Shown piece after piece: positions 1 through 17,204 of a stretch of DNA of 64,000 bases. Origin of the DNA: the human T2T-CHM13v2.0 reference genome, Homo sapiens. The notes beneath the pieces are model-generated. The model saw only the letters and a program-made list of their open reading frames with translations. It was not told the DNA's origin and ran no database searches. The position numbers were made by a program, and so were the translations under genes. Location of the stretch: NCBI GenBank assembly GCA_009914755.4, contig CP086569.2, forward strand, positions 13,952,001 to 14,016,000. The letters are read 5' to 3'. The stretch's first letter is position 1, and each line of letters starts with the position of its first letter.

Positions 1-3835
<3,835 letters not shown>

Positions 3836-4339
3836 TTGGATCTTATCCTCAAGAAAACTTGTTTCACTAAACCTTAACCTTTCAGATCTTATAAATGACC
3901 TGGGGAAAGGGAAATACACAATTCTAGTCCCCTTTAGGCATTTTTTTTCTTGGGGACTGAGAAGCACTAGCAAAAGTCACAGCCCGGGGGCACGGGGTAC
4001 TAATTGTAAGATTATAGAATACTTACCATTTTTTACACCTTACCATTTCAGTAAAGACATATTTTACCCACTATTTCATGTCTGCCTTTCAGCAATAAAT
4101 TAACATATTAAAAGGCAAAATAATAGTAATAATAATTTGAAAAGACAGAGAAAGCATGAGAATAAGACTCAAATATAACAGAGATGTTGGAATATAACAT
4201 TAATCAGACTTGTTTACAAATTTAAAACAAGTCTGATTAATATGCTAATAGTTCTGATGGAAAAAGTAGACAATATGCAAGAATGGATAAACAAAGTAAA
4301 TAGAGATGGAGATTCTAAGAATAAAAAAAATGCTAGGGA

Positions 4340-5362
4340 CAAAAGAGACTAACAGAAATGCAAAATGCCTTTAATGGGCTCATTAGACTGAAAACAAGCT
4401 TGAGAGAAAAAATTCTAAGCCTGGATATATGTCAGTAGTGATTGCAAAAACAAGAAAATAAAGGAAAAAACACCTTAAAAATGAAATATTACACTCAACA
4501 ATAATTTATTGTACACTTAAAAATAAGTTAAAAGGTGTAATTGAATTGTTTATAACACAAAGAAGGGATAATTGCTTGAAGTAATGAATACCCCATTTAC
4601 CCTTATGTGACTATTCATCATATGCCTGTATCAAAATATCTCATACACCCAATAAATATATATTTATGCTCATATACACACATATTTACATAATCTACTA
4701 TGGATCACAAAAGTTAAATATAAAATAAATTTTTAAAATAAAAATAAATTGTAAAAGTGAAACGTAATATCAATGAACTGAGACAACTATGAAAAATATA
4801 ACACGTTTATATACTAGAATATACCATGATGGAAGGAAAAGAAAAAGAAACAAGAAAGTATGTGAAGCAATGAAACTGAGGATTTTCAAAAATTAATGTA
4901 GGATACCACACCACAGACCCAGGAGATCAGAGAAAATCAGAGAATAAATGCCAAAAACAAAACTAAACTATATCTCAACATATTATGTTCAGACTTCTAA
5001 AATTTTAATTTAATTTTTAAAATTTTTTAAGAAGATAAAATTCTTAAAGAAACTGGGGGCAGAGGAACACCTTTCCTGTGGAGAAGCAAAGTAAGAATTA
5101 CGTGACTTCTCAGAAACCATGCAAGCAAGAAGAGTGGAGTAAATTATTTAAAGAGCTGAAGGGTCAACAAATCAGAATCCTATATTCTGCAAAAATTATC
5201 TTTCAAAGTAGAAGAGAAATAAAAACTATCTGAGACAAAGAATAACTAAGAATATTTTGTACCATAAACCTATAAGAAATATTAAAAGAAGTTCTTTGGA
5301 AAGAAGAATAACATGCATGAAAGTCTCACATAAAGAAAAGAAAAGCAGGAAAAGAAGAATAA
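4340..5362 (+). mobile_element. Old L1 ORF1-region remnant (coiled-coil to C-terminal domain)
   Basis: Frames read 'NAFNGLISRLDTAEE...'-like text at 4365-4420, 'PRHIIFKLQKIKDKEKILKEAR'-like text at ~4900-4990, and 'DFSETMQARRVE...YPAKLSF' equivalents at 5100-5250. Order and orientation show this is a different L1 copy from the one at 1-3835. Confidence 0.55.
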
Positions 5363-5943
5363 AGAATAAGGACTGGTGCCATACTTTAAGAACATGGAAT
5401 GCTGTGAGCTAAGGGCTTATTTTTTTAACATTTATTCACATATTTTTAGATATTGTACCCATGACTCTATAATTTTGTCCTCCCACTTCTCTGATATAAA
5501 AAATTTGTTAAACTGTCAATTAAACAAAAAGTTTTAGGTCCTACTAAGGCTTCTAGCTATTGCCCTTGAAATCAGCCTTAAGTGCTGCTATACATGTTCC
5601 TTGCCACCTCCCTGAGTTTTCTTGAAAAAGCTCCAGGTGCAGATGAACTGAAAAAAAAAAAAAAAAAAAAAAGTAGGTTAAACGGGAAAAATCAGCAAAA
5701 GAAACTACTTTGCATAACACTTATATTTCCTATATAATATTAAGATATGGTATAAAGGGCAACAATTATAATTCTTAAGTTCTTTTATTTTTAAAGAACA
5801 AAATATGCTTGTAATAATCAGAGTAAAACTAAACTAAAATATATGTAAAAAAAGAAATATTAAAAGAAGTTCTTTGGAAAGAAGAATAATGTACATGAAA
5901 GTCTCACATCTACATAAAGAAGAGCAGGAAGAGAAGAATAAAT
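5276..5943. repeat. Pair of ~85 bp direct repeats (5276-5362 and 5864-5943) bracketing a segment that ends in a 22-nt poly(A) run (5651-5672)
   Basis: 'gaaatattaaaagaagttctttggaaagaagaataa..catgaaagtctcaca...caggaa.agaagaataaa' occurs twice at ~90% identity. An A22 run lies between the copies. Confidence 0.7.
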
Positions 5944-6037
5944 TCTTTTAAATTCTGTCTTTGTAAGTAGAAGTAGGCTTTCAACTGCCATCTGGAATGG
6001 ACTTTGTTTTGTCTAAAGAAATGTCAGTGCCTGCTAT

Positions 6038-6452
6038 AGTTTACATGTTTGACCCTCTGCAAACTCATATGGAAATTTGATCCCCAGGGTAGTGGTGCTG
6101 GGAAGTGAAGCCTAGTGGGAGGTACTTGGGTTCAGATCCTTCATATACAGATTAATACCCTCTCTGTGTGCAGGGGATGAAAGTCCTCCCTTCTCCATTG
6201 GTTCTTCAGATAGTTGTTAAAAAAAATAGCCTGACACCTCTCTCCACTCTTCTTTGCTTCCTCTTTCACTATATGACCTGTGTACACACCAGCTCCCATT
6301 TACCTTCTGCCATGAGTGGAAGCAGCCTGAAGCCCTCAGCAGAAGTAGATGCTTGTGCCATGATACCTATACAGAGTAGAAGAAATCTCTTTTTCCTTAC
6401 AAATTTTCCAGCTTCAGGTATTTCTTTATAACAACACACAATGCACTAATAC
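6038..6452 (+). mobile_element. Solo LTR of MaLR type (MLT1-like)
   Basis: Starts 'tgtttgaccctctgcaaactcatatggaaatttgatcccc...agtgggaggtacttgggttcagatc' and ends '...tttccagcttcaggtatttctttataacaacacacaatgcactaatacaa'. This parallels the MLT1/MST/THE1 consensus architecture (TG...gggaggtaattag...cccagtctcaggtatttctttatagcag...aCA). Confidence 0.6.
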
Positions 6453-6929
6453 AATGTTCTTTTCTGAGGTCGTTGCCTTGCACGACAATGTTAATTCTCC
6501 TTAGAAACTACCTCCACCACCTTTCTTTACTTCAAGATCTATAACTGAAATCAAGGTCTAGCACAGTCCTAAAGGTGAGGTACACTACACTTCAAAAGAA
6601 CTACTTGGGTTTAAGTTATGCAAACAAAATCCCAGAAAATATGTGTAAGAATGAATATTTAGGTTGGGAAATAATGATGGAAGGAATATAAAGTTAGATG
6701 AAACTAAAATTTTTCATTTGTACCAAATAAGAGGTGATACTTTATTCAATGTTATAAGTAGGAAGGGTTTTTTAAGTCTTTAAAAGTTTTTGTTGTCCAG
6801 CTAAAACATAGGCCACAAAGGTGGCCTACTATCAGCAACTTTGAAATGCTGCATTTGCCTTGGTTTAGTGTAAAGGGAGTGAAAGTATTAGTGACATTGA
6901 AATGTTAGAGAAAAATTGACATTTAATAT

Positions 6930-8110
<1,181 letters not shown>

Positions 8111-8751
8111 TTGGAAGGAAAACAATGTCTACCCTGTACTGGGAGCATCTAGAAGATGTAACTTTCATCACGATCAAAAAAATGTAAGTTTGTGAAGGAG
8201 CCATAGCATCTTTAAAACTTCTGTGATTCATTTTCTTTTTAAGCCAGAACTCGAAGTGGCAACTATTGCCAGTGAATTGGGAAAATTACACACAAAAGGA
8301 ATAAGTAGATCTTCAGGTGGTAAGAACCATGTGGTGAACCTCAAACAGCAGAGGCAAGGTCAGTATCATTGCCGTAATAGACAGCAGAGTCAAAGCCGCA
8401 AGCAGAATATTCTTACTTGAGCAGACTTACGTCACTGCCTACTTAATCATGATATTCCTTGAAATGAAGTAGATAGAAAGACTACTAAATTATAGTTGCT
8501 CTGTATAAAAAGAAAATTTCAAATGAACAAACTTTAATCTGAACTTCAGAAACAGAGGTTCACAGCCTCTCAGTCAATTTCTAGATTGACAAAGTTTATG
8601 CAGCAAGAATGTAGAAGAGGCTGGGTCCTCATAATGAAGACCTTGGTACATGACAAAATTTCTACTTTTAATCTTTCTTCCAGACTTCCCCAAAGGAATC
8701 TATAGCATTTTACAGGATAAGCTGTGTGCATTGTAGAAAAGAAATAAACGG

Positions 8752-8806
8752 GGATTACCGAACTTTTAGGGATTACTGAACTTTTAGGAATTACTGAACA
8801 TTGGCT
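8752..8806. repeat. Short tandem repeat, ~19 bp unit x3 (gRattacYgaacttttag)
   Basis: 'ggattaccgaacttttagg gattactgaacttttagga attactgaacattgg'. Confidence 0.6.
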
Positions 8807-8966
8807 CTGAAATGACGCTAATTCCAGGGGAACCAAAATCTCCCTAAGATTGACAAGTCAGAATAGAGGATTATAAAGTCCATACAATCAACAGATTTTA
8901 GGTCAGTTTTTTCTCAGTAGGTCCATGGATCCCTGAATTCATGTTGTGATTATTTCCCCAGTTCCA

Positions 8967-8994
8967 ATATATATATATATATATATATATTATA
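8967..8994. repeat. (AT)n microsatellite, ~13 units
   Basis: Perfect atatat... run. Confidence 0.95.
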
Positions 8995-9450
8995 ATACAC
9001 ATACACAGAACAAACTAAGGCAGAACATTACTTTGGTTTCTTGACTGGTGTAGTGAGGACTATGATGGATAAAAAGGCCAAGTGGAAGCCACTAGAACTG
9101 CCTGTATCTGGAAAACTTGTAAACAAAAAGAAGCACTAAATTACTGGGGGAACTACAAAGATTGCCATCACTATGAATGACCTAAAGATGCAGGTATGAT
9201 GATGGCATGGTGATTCCTACCACATCTCCATTGAGGTCTCATATTTGACTCTCCTATTTGGCCTTTGAAGAATAAAAGCAGACTTGGCTTCAGGTGGATA
9301 TTGGAGAATGACAATGGATTATCATAAACTTAAGTACCGGGTTATTCCAGTTACAGCTGTTGTACCAGATACGGTTTGATTGTTTGAACAAATTAATACC
9401 TCCCCTGAAACCCAGTATGCAGCCATCAATCTGCATCTTTTTCTTTATCC

Positions 9451-9774
9451 TTGTTTATAGAGGCCACCAGAAGCAATTGTCTTTCAGCCTGCAAGGTCAA
9501 TGATAACATCCCCACCGTCCTAACCAACCGTCCAGTCCTATGTCATAGTTTAGTCTGCAAATATCTTGGTTACGTTTTTCTTCCACTAGGTATCACATTG
9601 ATTCATTACATGGATGACGTTATGCTAATTGGACCTAGAAGTAGCAACTACTCTAGACTTGCAAGAAATTTGTGTGTTAGCAGATGGGAAATAAATCTGT
9701 CAAAAATTCAAGGCTTTTCTATTTCATGTAAATTTCTAGGGTTCCAGTGGTATAAAAAGTTCCTTCTATGGTGA
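9451..9774 (+). pseudogene. ERV reverse-transcriptase fragment (YMDD box)
   Basis: ORF text '...LGITLIHYMDDVMLIGP...KFLGFQW'. The Y[MIV]DD catalytic motif and downstream 'LG' motif are typical of retroviral RT. Confidence 0.6.
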
Positions 9775-10775
9775 AGTTGTTAAGTTATTGAATCTTGCCC
9801 ATCTCAAAACTAAAAGACAGCAAAAGGCCTAGTGGGCCTCTTTGAATTTTGAAGGCAACATACTCATCACTTGATTGAGCTACTATGGCTCTTCTACTGA
9901 GTGACCTGTAAAGTTGGCAGTTGACTAACATCCAGAAAAGTAAACATTTCTACAAGTCCAGGCTGCTATGCAAGCTGCTCTGACAAAATAGTAGCATAAA
10001 TGCTTACTCATGGGCCACCAAGTTACCATGCAATCAGAGCTGCCTGTCATACACTTGGTGTTATTGACTAAACCAAACCATATATTTGGGCATACACAAA
10101 AGCACTCTATTATTAAGTGGAAGTGCTATACACAAATCTGGGACCAAGCAGGTTATAAAGGTACAAGTATATTACATGAAGAAGCTGCCCAAATTCTTAT
10201 GATCCTCATTCCTACCACACTGCCTTCTCTCTCTCAGCATATATTTATGGCCCTATGGGGATTTCCTCATACTCAGCTGACAAAAGAAGAGAAGACTTGG
10301 GCTTGTTTTATAAGTGGCTCTCCCATTATGCAGGCACAACCTTAAAGTAGGCAACTGTGGTACTACTGGGACATCTCTGAAGGACAGTGGTGAAGGAAAA
10401 TACTTTAAGTGGAAAAATCTTTGAGTGGTGCAACTGGATGTTCATTTTTCTTGGAAAGATAAATGGTGAGATGTAAAATTGTATGCTTATTCATGGGCTG
10501 TGGCCAGTGGTTTGGCAACTTGGAATTAACATAACTGCAAAATTGGTAACAAGGGGTTCTCAGGAAGATACATGTGGACAGACCTCTCCAGATAGCAAAA
10601 TATGTGAAGATATTTGGGTTCCATGTGAATACTCACCAAAGGCTAACCTCAAAACAGGAGGATTTTAATAATAAACTGGATAGGATAATCCATTCTGTGG
10701 ATACTGGTCAGCCTCTTTCTTCAGACAGCACACCTATCATTGCCTAATTCATTCATGAAAAAAAAGTGGTCATGA

Positions 10776-11230
10776 ATGAAAGGGTTGGAAGGGTTGAAGA
10801 TTTTGCATGGTCTTCTGAATATGGACTTCAGCCTACAAGCCTGGCTACAGACACTGCTGGATGTCCAAATTAAAACAGCAAACGTGAACACTGAGTTGGT
10901 CTCATACAGTACATTTCTCCCACGTAATCAGCCAGATTCTTATGGGAAGGGGGCTGCTTCCATCATGAAAGGTGAAACATTTTTCTTTACTAGAATAAAT
11001 ACATACCGTGGATATAGATCCACCTCTGTTTACACAATGCTTCTGTCAAAATTACCATCTGTGGACTTACAAGATGCTTTGCAAATTTAGTGGTATTCCA
11101 CACAGTATTGTTTCTGATTAAGGAACTCCTTTCACAGCAAATGAAGTTCAGTAACAGATCTAGGATCCTAGAATTTTCTGGTCTTACCTTGTATCTCATT
11201 ACTCCAAAGCAGCTGGATTGACAAAATGAG
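10776..11230 (+). pseudogene. ERV integrase fragment (frameshifted)
   Basis: '...LQAWLQTLLDVQI...' then 'IPHSIVSD*GTPFTANEV' then 'LITPKQLDWQNEKWLFEDV' in shifted frames. This is the pattern of retroviral IN core and C-terminus. Confidence 0.5.
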
Positions 11231-13318
11231 AAATGGCTTTTTGAAGACGTATACAGTGACAGCTAAGTGGCAATACCTAGCAGAACTGGGACGTGGTTTT
11301 CCAGGAGGCTGTATATGCTCCAAATCAGCATCCAGTGTATGGTGCTATTGCTCACAGAGCTAGGACTCACGGACCCAGAAATCAAGGGGTGCAAATGGTA
11401 GTAACACGAGTTACTATTATCCTTATATGACCCATTAGGAAAATACATTCTCCCTGTACCTGAACATTATTCTTTTCTGGCTTTCAGGCCTCAGTTTTAA
11501 AATTAGAAATGCTGGTCAGCAAGATGTTAGAATAGAAGGTCCTCAAAGTGTGCCACCCCCAGAAATAAACATGAAGTGGCCACCCTTGGACAAAAGTATC
11601 TAATATAAGCCTACTGATCCACATAGTAGGATGCAAAATTCCTGTGGAGCCCAAGACCAAGGAGGGATGCTCCCTGATGTAGGTCCACCACCAATGGTTC
11701 TGGTTGTGAACAAGAAGCAGCCCTATTTCTTTGTGAACTCAGCCAAACGCCACCCATTTCTTGTCCTCTGCCAAGGGACCCAGGAGAAGTCAAATTGATC
11801 TGTGCCCCTGGTAACAGGACTACCAACCTCAGACCTGATTGCATTTCCTGAAGCATCTCTGTGACCCATTTCCTCCCTGCTCTGCCACAGTCTGCAGCCA
11901 GTACTTCTCACAAAGGGATCAGTAAGGAACCCAACAGGAATGTGCTCAGGGAAACAAAAAAGCCATATCCAACTCCTAAATGTGCTCTTGATAACAGTCT
12001 TGCCAACTGCAGATCTGACTGTGAACCCAACAACATACTTAAAAATGGCACCAGCCTCATTTGACCGTAATACCAGAGGCAATCCCGTCGGTCTTCAGTG
12101 CTAGCAAGAGAAGACCTTTATTTTTTTTTCTTTTTCAACTTTTAAGTATTGTGGTACACGTGGAGGCTGTGCAGGTTATGTAGGTAAATGTGTGCCATGG
12201 TGGTTTGCTGCACAGATCATCCCATCACACAGATATTAAACCCAATGTCCATTAGCTGTTCTTCCTGATTCTCTTCTTCCCCCTCAACTGTTGACAGGCC
12301 CCAGTGTGTGTTGTTCCTCCCCATGTATCCCTGTGTTCTCATCATTCAGCTCCTATTTATAATTGAGAACATGCAGTATTTGGTTTTCTCTCCCTGTGTT
12401 AGTTTGCTGAGGATAATGGCTTCCAGCTCCGTCCATGTCTCTGCAGATGACATGATCTCATTCTTTTCTATGACTGCATAGTATTCCATGGTGTATATGG
12501 AACACATTTTCTTTATCCAGTCTATCATTGATGGGCATTTAGGTTGATATCATGTCTTTGCTATTTTAAATAGTGCTGCAAATGAACATAACATGTGTAT
12601 GGACCTTTATAATAGAATGATTTCTATTCCTTTGGGTATATACTCAGTAACGGGATTGTTGGGTCAAATGGTATCTGTGCCTCTAGGTCTTTGAGGAATT
12701 GAACACTGTCTTCCACAATGGTTGAACTAATGTACATTCCCACCAACAGTGTAAAAGTGTCCCTTCTCCTCAACCTCATGAGCATCTGTTATTTTTAAAT
12801 TTTTAATTATAGCCATTCTGACTTGTGTGAGATGGCATCTCATTGTGGTTTTGATTTGCATTTCTCTAACAATCAGTGATGTTGAGCTTTTTTCCATGTT
12901 TGTTGGCCACATGTATGTCTTCTTTTGAGAAGTGTTTGTTCATATTCTTTTCCCACTTTTGATGGGATTTTTTTTGTTTTTTTTCTTGTAAATTTGGTTT
13001 CAGTTCCTTGTATACTCTGGATGTTACACCTTTGTCAGATAGATAGATTGCAAAAATTTTCTCCCATTTTGTAGGTTGTCAGTTTAGTCTGATATTTTCT
13101 TTTGCTATGCAGAAGCTCTTCAGTTTGATTAGATCCCATTTGACAATGTTTGCTTTTGTTGCAGTTACTTTTGGCATTTTTGTCATGAAATCTTTGCCCA
13201 TGCCTATGTCCTGAATTATATTGCCTAGATTTTCTACTAAGGTTTTTATAGTTTTGGGGTTTACATTTAAGTCTTTAATCCATCTTGACTTAATTTTTGT
13301 ATATGGTATAAAGAAGGG

Positions 13319-13605
13319 GACCGGGCGTGGTGGCTCATATGTCTGTGATTCCAGTACTTTGGGAGGCAGAGGTGGGTGGATCACGAGGTCAGCAGTTCGA
13401 GACCAGCCTGGCCAACATGATAAAACCCCGTCTCTACTAAAAATACAAAAATTAGCTGGGCATGGTGGTGGGTGACTGTAACCTGAGCTACTCGGGAGGC
13501 AGAGGCAGGAGAATCACTTGAAACCAGAAGGCAGAGGTTGCAGTAAGTGGAATGTGCCACTGCATTCGAACCTGGGCAGCAAGAGTGAAACTCCAGCTCA
13601 CACAC
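13319..13605 (+). mobile_element. Alu SINE inserted in the L1, with a (CA)n tail replacing poly(A); TSD ~ aaagaagggg
   Basis: 'ggaccgggcgtggtggctcat...gagtgaaactccagctc'. Flanks 'ataaagaagggg' (13307-13318) and 'aaagaagaaggggtcc' (13663-). Confidence 0.85.
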
Positions 13606-13662
13606 ACAGACACACACGCACACACACACACACACACACATACATACACATACACACACAAA
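13606..13662. repeat. Imperfect (CA)n microsatellite
   Basis: 'acacacacagacacacacgcacacacacacacacacacatacatacacatacacacaca'. Confidence 0.9.
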
Positions 13663-15577
13663 GAAGAAGGGGTCCAGTTTCAATTTTCTGCATATGAGTA
13701 GCCAGCATTCCTATTTTATTAAACAGGGAGTCCTTTCCCTATTGCTTGTTGTTGTCAAGATTGTTGAAGATCAGAAGATTGTTGGTATGCAGTCTTATTT
13801 TTCAGTTCCTGATTCTGTTTTGTTGGTCTATGTGTCTGTTCTTGTATCAGTACCATGCTGTTTTGGTTACCGTAGCCTCATAGTATAGTTTGAAGTCAGG
13901 TAGCATGATGCCTCCAGCTTTGTTCCTTTGCTTAGGATTGTCTTGGCTATTGAGGCTCTTTTTTGGTTCTATGTGAATTTTAAAATAGTATTTTCTTATT
14001 CTGTGAAGAATGTCTGTGGTAGTTTAATGGGAATAACATTGAATCTCTAAATTACTTGGGGCTATATGGTAATTTTTACAATATTGATCCTTCATATTCA
14101 TGAACATGGAATGTTTCTCCATTTGTTTTTATCCTCTCTGATTTCTTTGAACAGTGGTTTATACTTCTCCTTGAAGAGGTCCTTCATTTCCCTTGTTAGC
14201 TGTATTCCTAGGTATTTTGTTCTTTTTGTAGCAATTGGGAATGGCAATTCATTCATGATTTGTCTCTGGGTTGCATGTTGTTGGTGTATAAGAATACTAG
14301 TGATTTTTGCAATTCATTTTGTATCCTGACACTTTGCTGAAGTTGCTACTGCACGTAAGAAGTTTTTGGGCTGAGACAGTGGGGTTTCCTAAATATAGAA
14401 TTATGTCACTGGCAAACAAAGATAATTTGACTTCCTCTGCTCTTATTTGAATACCCTTTATTTCTTTCTCTTGCCTGATTGTGCCGACTTCCAATTCTAT
14501 GTTGAATAGAGTGGTAAGAAAGGCCATCCTTGTCTTGTGCCTTGATTTGTGCCTTTTCAAGGGGAATGCTTCCAGCTTTTGCCCATTCAGCATGAAATTG
14601 GCTGTGGGCTTGCCATATATGAGTCTTATTATTTTGAGGTATGATCCTTCAATACCTAGTTTATTGAGTGTTTTTAAAATAAAGGTATGTTGAATATTAT
14701 CAAAGGCCTTTTCTGCATCTATTGAGATAATCATGTGGTTTTTGGCTTTAGTTCTGTCTACATGATGAATTACATTTATTGTTTTGCATATGTTGAACCA
14801 ACATTCTGGAAATGAAGCTAGTTTGACTGTGGTAGACAATCTTTTGATGTGCTGCTGGATTCAATTTGCCATTATTTTATTGAGATTTTTTGCACCAGTG
14901 TTCATCATGAATAATGGTCTGAAGTTTTCTTTTATCTCTGCCAGGTTTTGGTATCAGGATGATGCTGGCCTTATACAGTGAGTTAGGGAGGAGTCCCTCC
15001 TTTTTAAGTTTTTGGAATAGTTTCAGTAGAAATGACACCAGCTCTTCTTTATACATCTAATAAAATTCAGCTGTGAATCTATCTGGCCCTGTTTTTTATG
15101 TTGTTTATAAGCTATTTATTACTGCCTCAATTTCAGAACTTGTTATTATCTTTTCAGAGATTCAGTTTCTTCCTGGTTTAGTCTTGGGAAGGCTTAAGTT
15201 TCCAGGAATTTATTCTTTTCTTATAGATTTTTGTTTTTAGTTTATGTGCATAGAGGTGTTAATAGCATTCTCTGATGGTTGGTTTGTATTTCTGTGGGGT
15301 CAGTGGTGATATCCCTTTTTATCATATCTGATTGTGTTTATTTGATTATTCTCTCATGTTTACTAGTCTAGCTAGAAGTCTATCTATGTTATTAATTTTT
15401 TCAAAACACCAGCTCCTGGAATAATTTATTTTTTGAAGGGTTTTTTATGTCTCTATCTTCTTCAGTTCTGCTCTGATTTTGGTTATTTGTCTTCTAGCTT
15501 TGGGATGTGTTTGCTCTTGGTCCTCTATTTCTTTTAGTTTAGATGTTTGGTTGTTAACTTGAAATCCTTCTAGCTTT

Positions 15578-15885
<308 letters not shown>

Positions 15886-17204
15886 CCTTCTAGCTTTTTG
15901 ATGTGAGCATTTAGTGCTATAAAATTTTCTCAACACTGTTTTAGCTGCATCCCAGAGATTCTGGTATATTGTCTCTTTGTTCTCATTAGTTTCAAATAAT
16001 TTATTGATTTCTGCTTTAATTTCATTGTTTACCCAACAGTCACTCAGGAACAGGTCATTCAGTTTCTATGTAGTTGTGTGGTTTTGAGTGAATTTCTCAA
16101 TCTTGAATTCTACTTTGACTGCACTGCAGTCTGACAGACTGTTTGTTATAATTTCAGCTCTTTTGCATTTGCTGAGGAGTGTTTTACTTCAGATTATTTG
16201 ATCAATTTTAGAGTAAATGCCATACAGCAATGAGAAGAATATATATTCTGTTGAATTTGGGTAGACAGTTCTGCAGATATCTGTCAGGTTTATTTGATCC
16301 AGAGCTGAGTTCAGATCCTGAATATCTGCAAATTATCTGTCTCAAGGATCTGTGTAATATTGTTAATGAGGTGTCAAAGTCTCCCATTATTATCGTGTGG
16401 GAGCCTAAGTCTCCTTGGATATCTCTAAGCACTTGCTTTATGACTCTGTGTGCTCTTGTATTGAGTGCACATATATTTAGGATACAGTTATCTCTTCTTG
16501 TTGAGTTGAACATTTTACCATTATGTAATGCCCTTCTTTGTCTTTTTTGGTCTTTGCTGGTTTAAAGTCTGTTTTGTCAGAAACTAGGATTGCAACTCTT
16601 GCTTCTTTCTGTTTTCCATTTGCTTGGTAAATTTTCCTCCATCCCTTTATTTTGAGCCTATGCATGTCTTTGCATGTGAAATGGGTCTCTTGAAGACAGC
16701 ATACAGATGGGTCCTGGCTCTTTTTTCTGCTTGCCATTATCTTTTAATTGTGGCATTTGGCCTATGTAAACTTGAGGTTAGTATTGTTATGTGTGAATTT
16801 GATTCTGTCATCATTATGCTAGTTGGTTATTTTGCAGATTTGTTTATGTAGTTGCTTTATAGTGTCACTGGTCTGTGTAATTCGGTGTGTTTTTGTAGTG
16901 GCTGGTAGCAGTTTTTCCTTTTCATATTTAGTGCTTCTCCTATAGGAGCTCTTGCACATTAGGCCTGGTGTTGATGAATTCCCTTGGCATTTGCTTGTCT
17001 GAAAAGAATCTTATTAGAATCTCCTTCACTTATGAAGCTTAGTTAGGCCAGATATAAGATTTTCAGCTGGAAATTCTTTTTCCTAAGAATGTTGAATATT
17101 GGTTCCCTATCTCTTCTGGCTTATAGAGTATCTGCTGAGAGATCTGCTGTTGGTCTTATGGGTTTCCCTTTGTATGTGACCTGGACTTTCTCTCTGGCAA
17201 AACA

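Larger units (their letters stand above)
8990..11480 (+). mobile_element. Endogenous retrovirus internal region: pol (RT, RNase H, integrase), heavily mutated; class II/III (ERVL-like or betaretrovirus-like)
   Basis: RT motifs 'MDYHKLK' (~9300-9340) and 'LIHYMDDVMLIGP' (9451-9774 ORF). RNase H-like 'WACFISGS' (10010-10345). Integrase core 'IPHSIVSD.GTPFTANEVQ' (~11095-11160). Many stops and frameshifts. Confidence 0.6.

Noticed and set aside
5363-5672. The poly(A)-terminated 290 bp segment as a processed retrogene
   Set aside because: No recognisable coding or UTR match from memory and no flanking TSD. I reported it only as part of the direct-repeat structure.
6038-6452. Assigning the 6038-6452 LTR specifically to THE1B or MSTA
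   Set aside because: The terminal motifs fit the MaLR LTR architecture, but divergence is high and I cannot discriminate MLT1, MST and THE1 subfamilies by eye. I kept a generic MaLR/MLT1-like call.
8752-8806. 19 bp x3 tandem repeat considered as a possible CRISPR-like or regulatory array
   Set aside because: Only three degenerate units with no spacers. It is a typical minisatellite-scale slippage product next to an (AT)n run.
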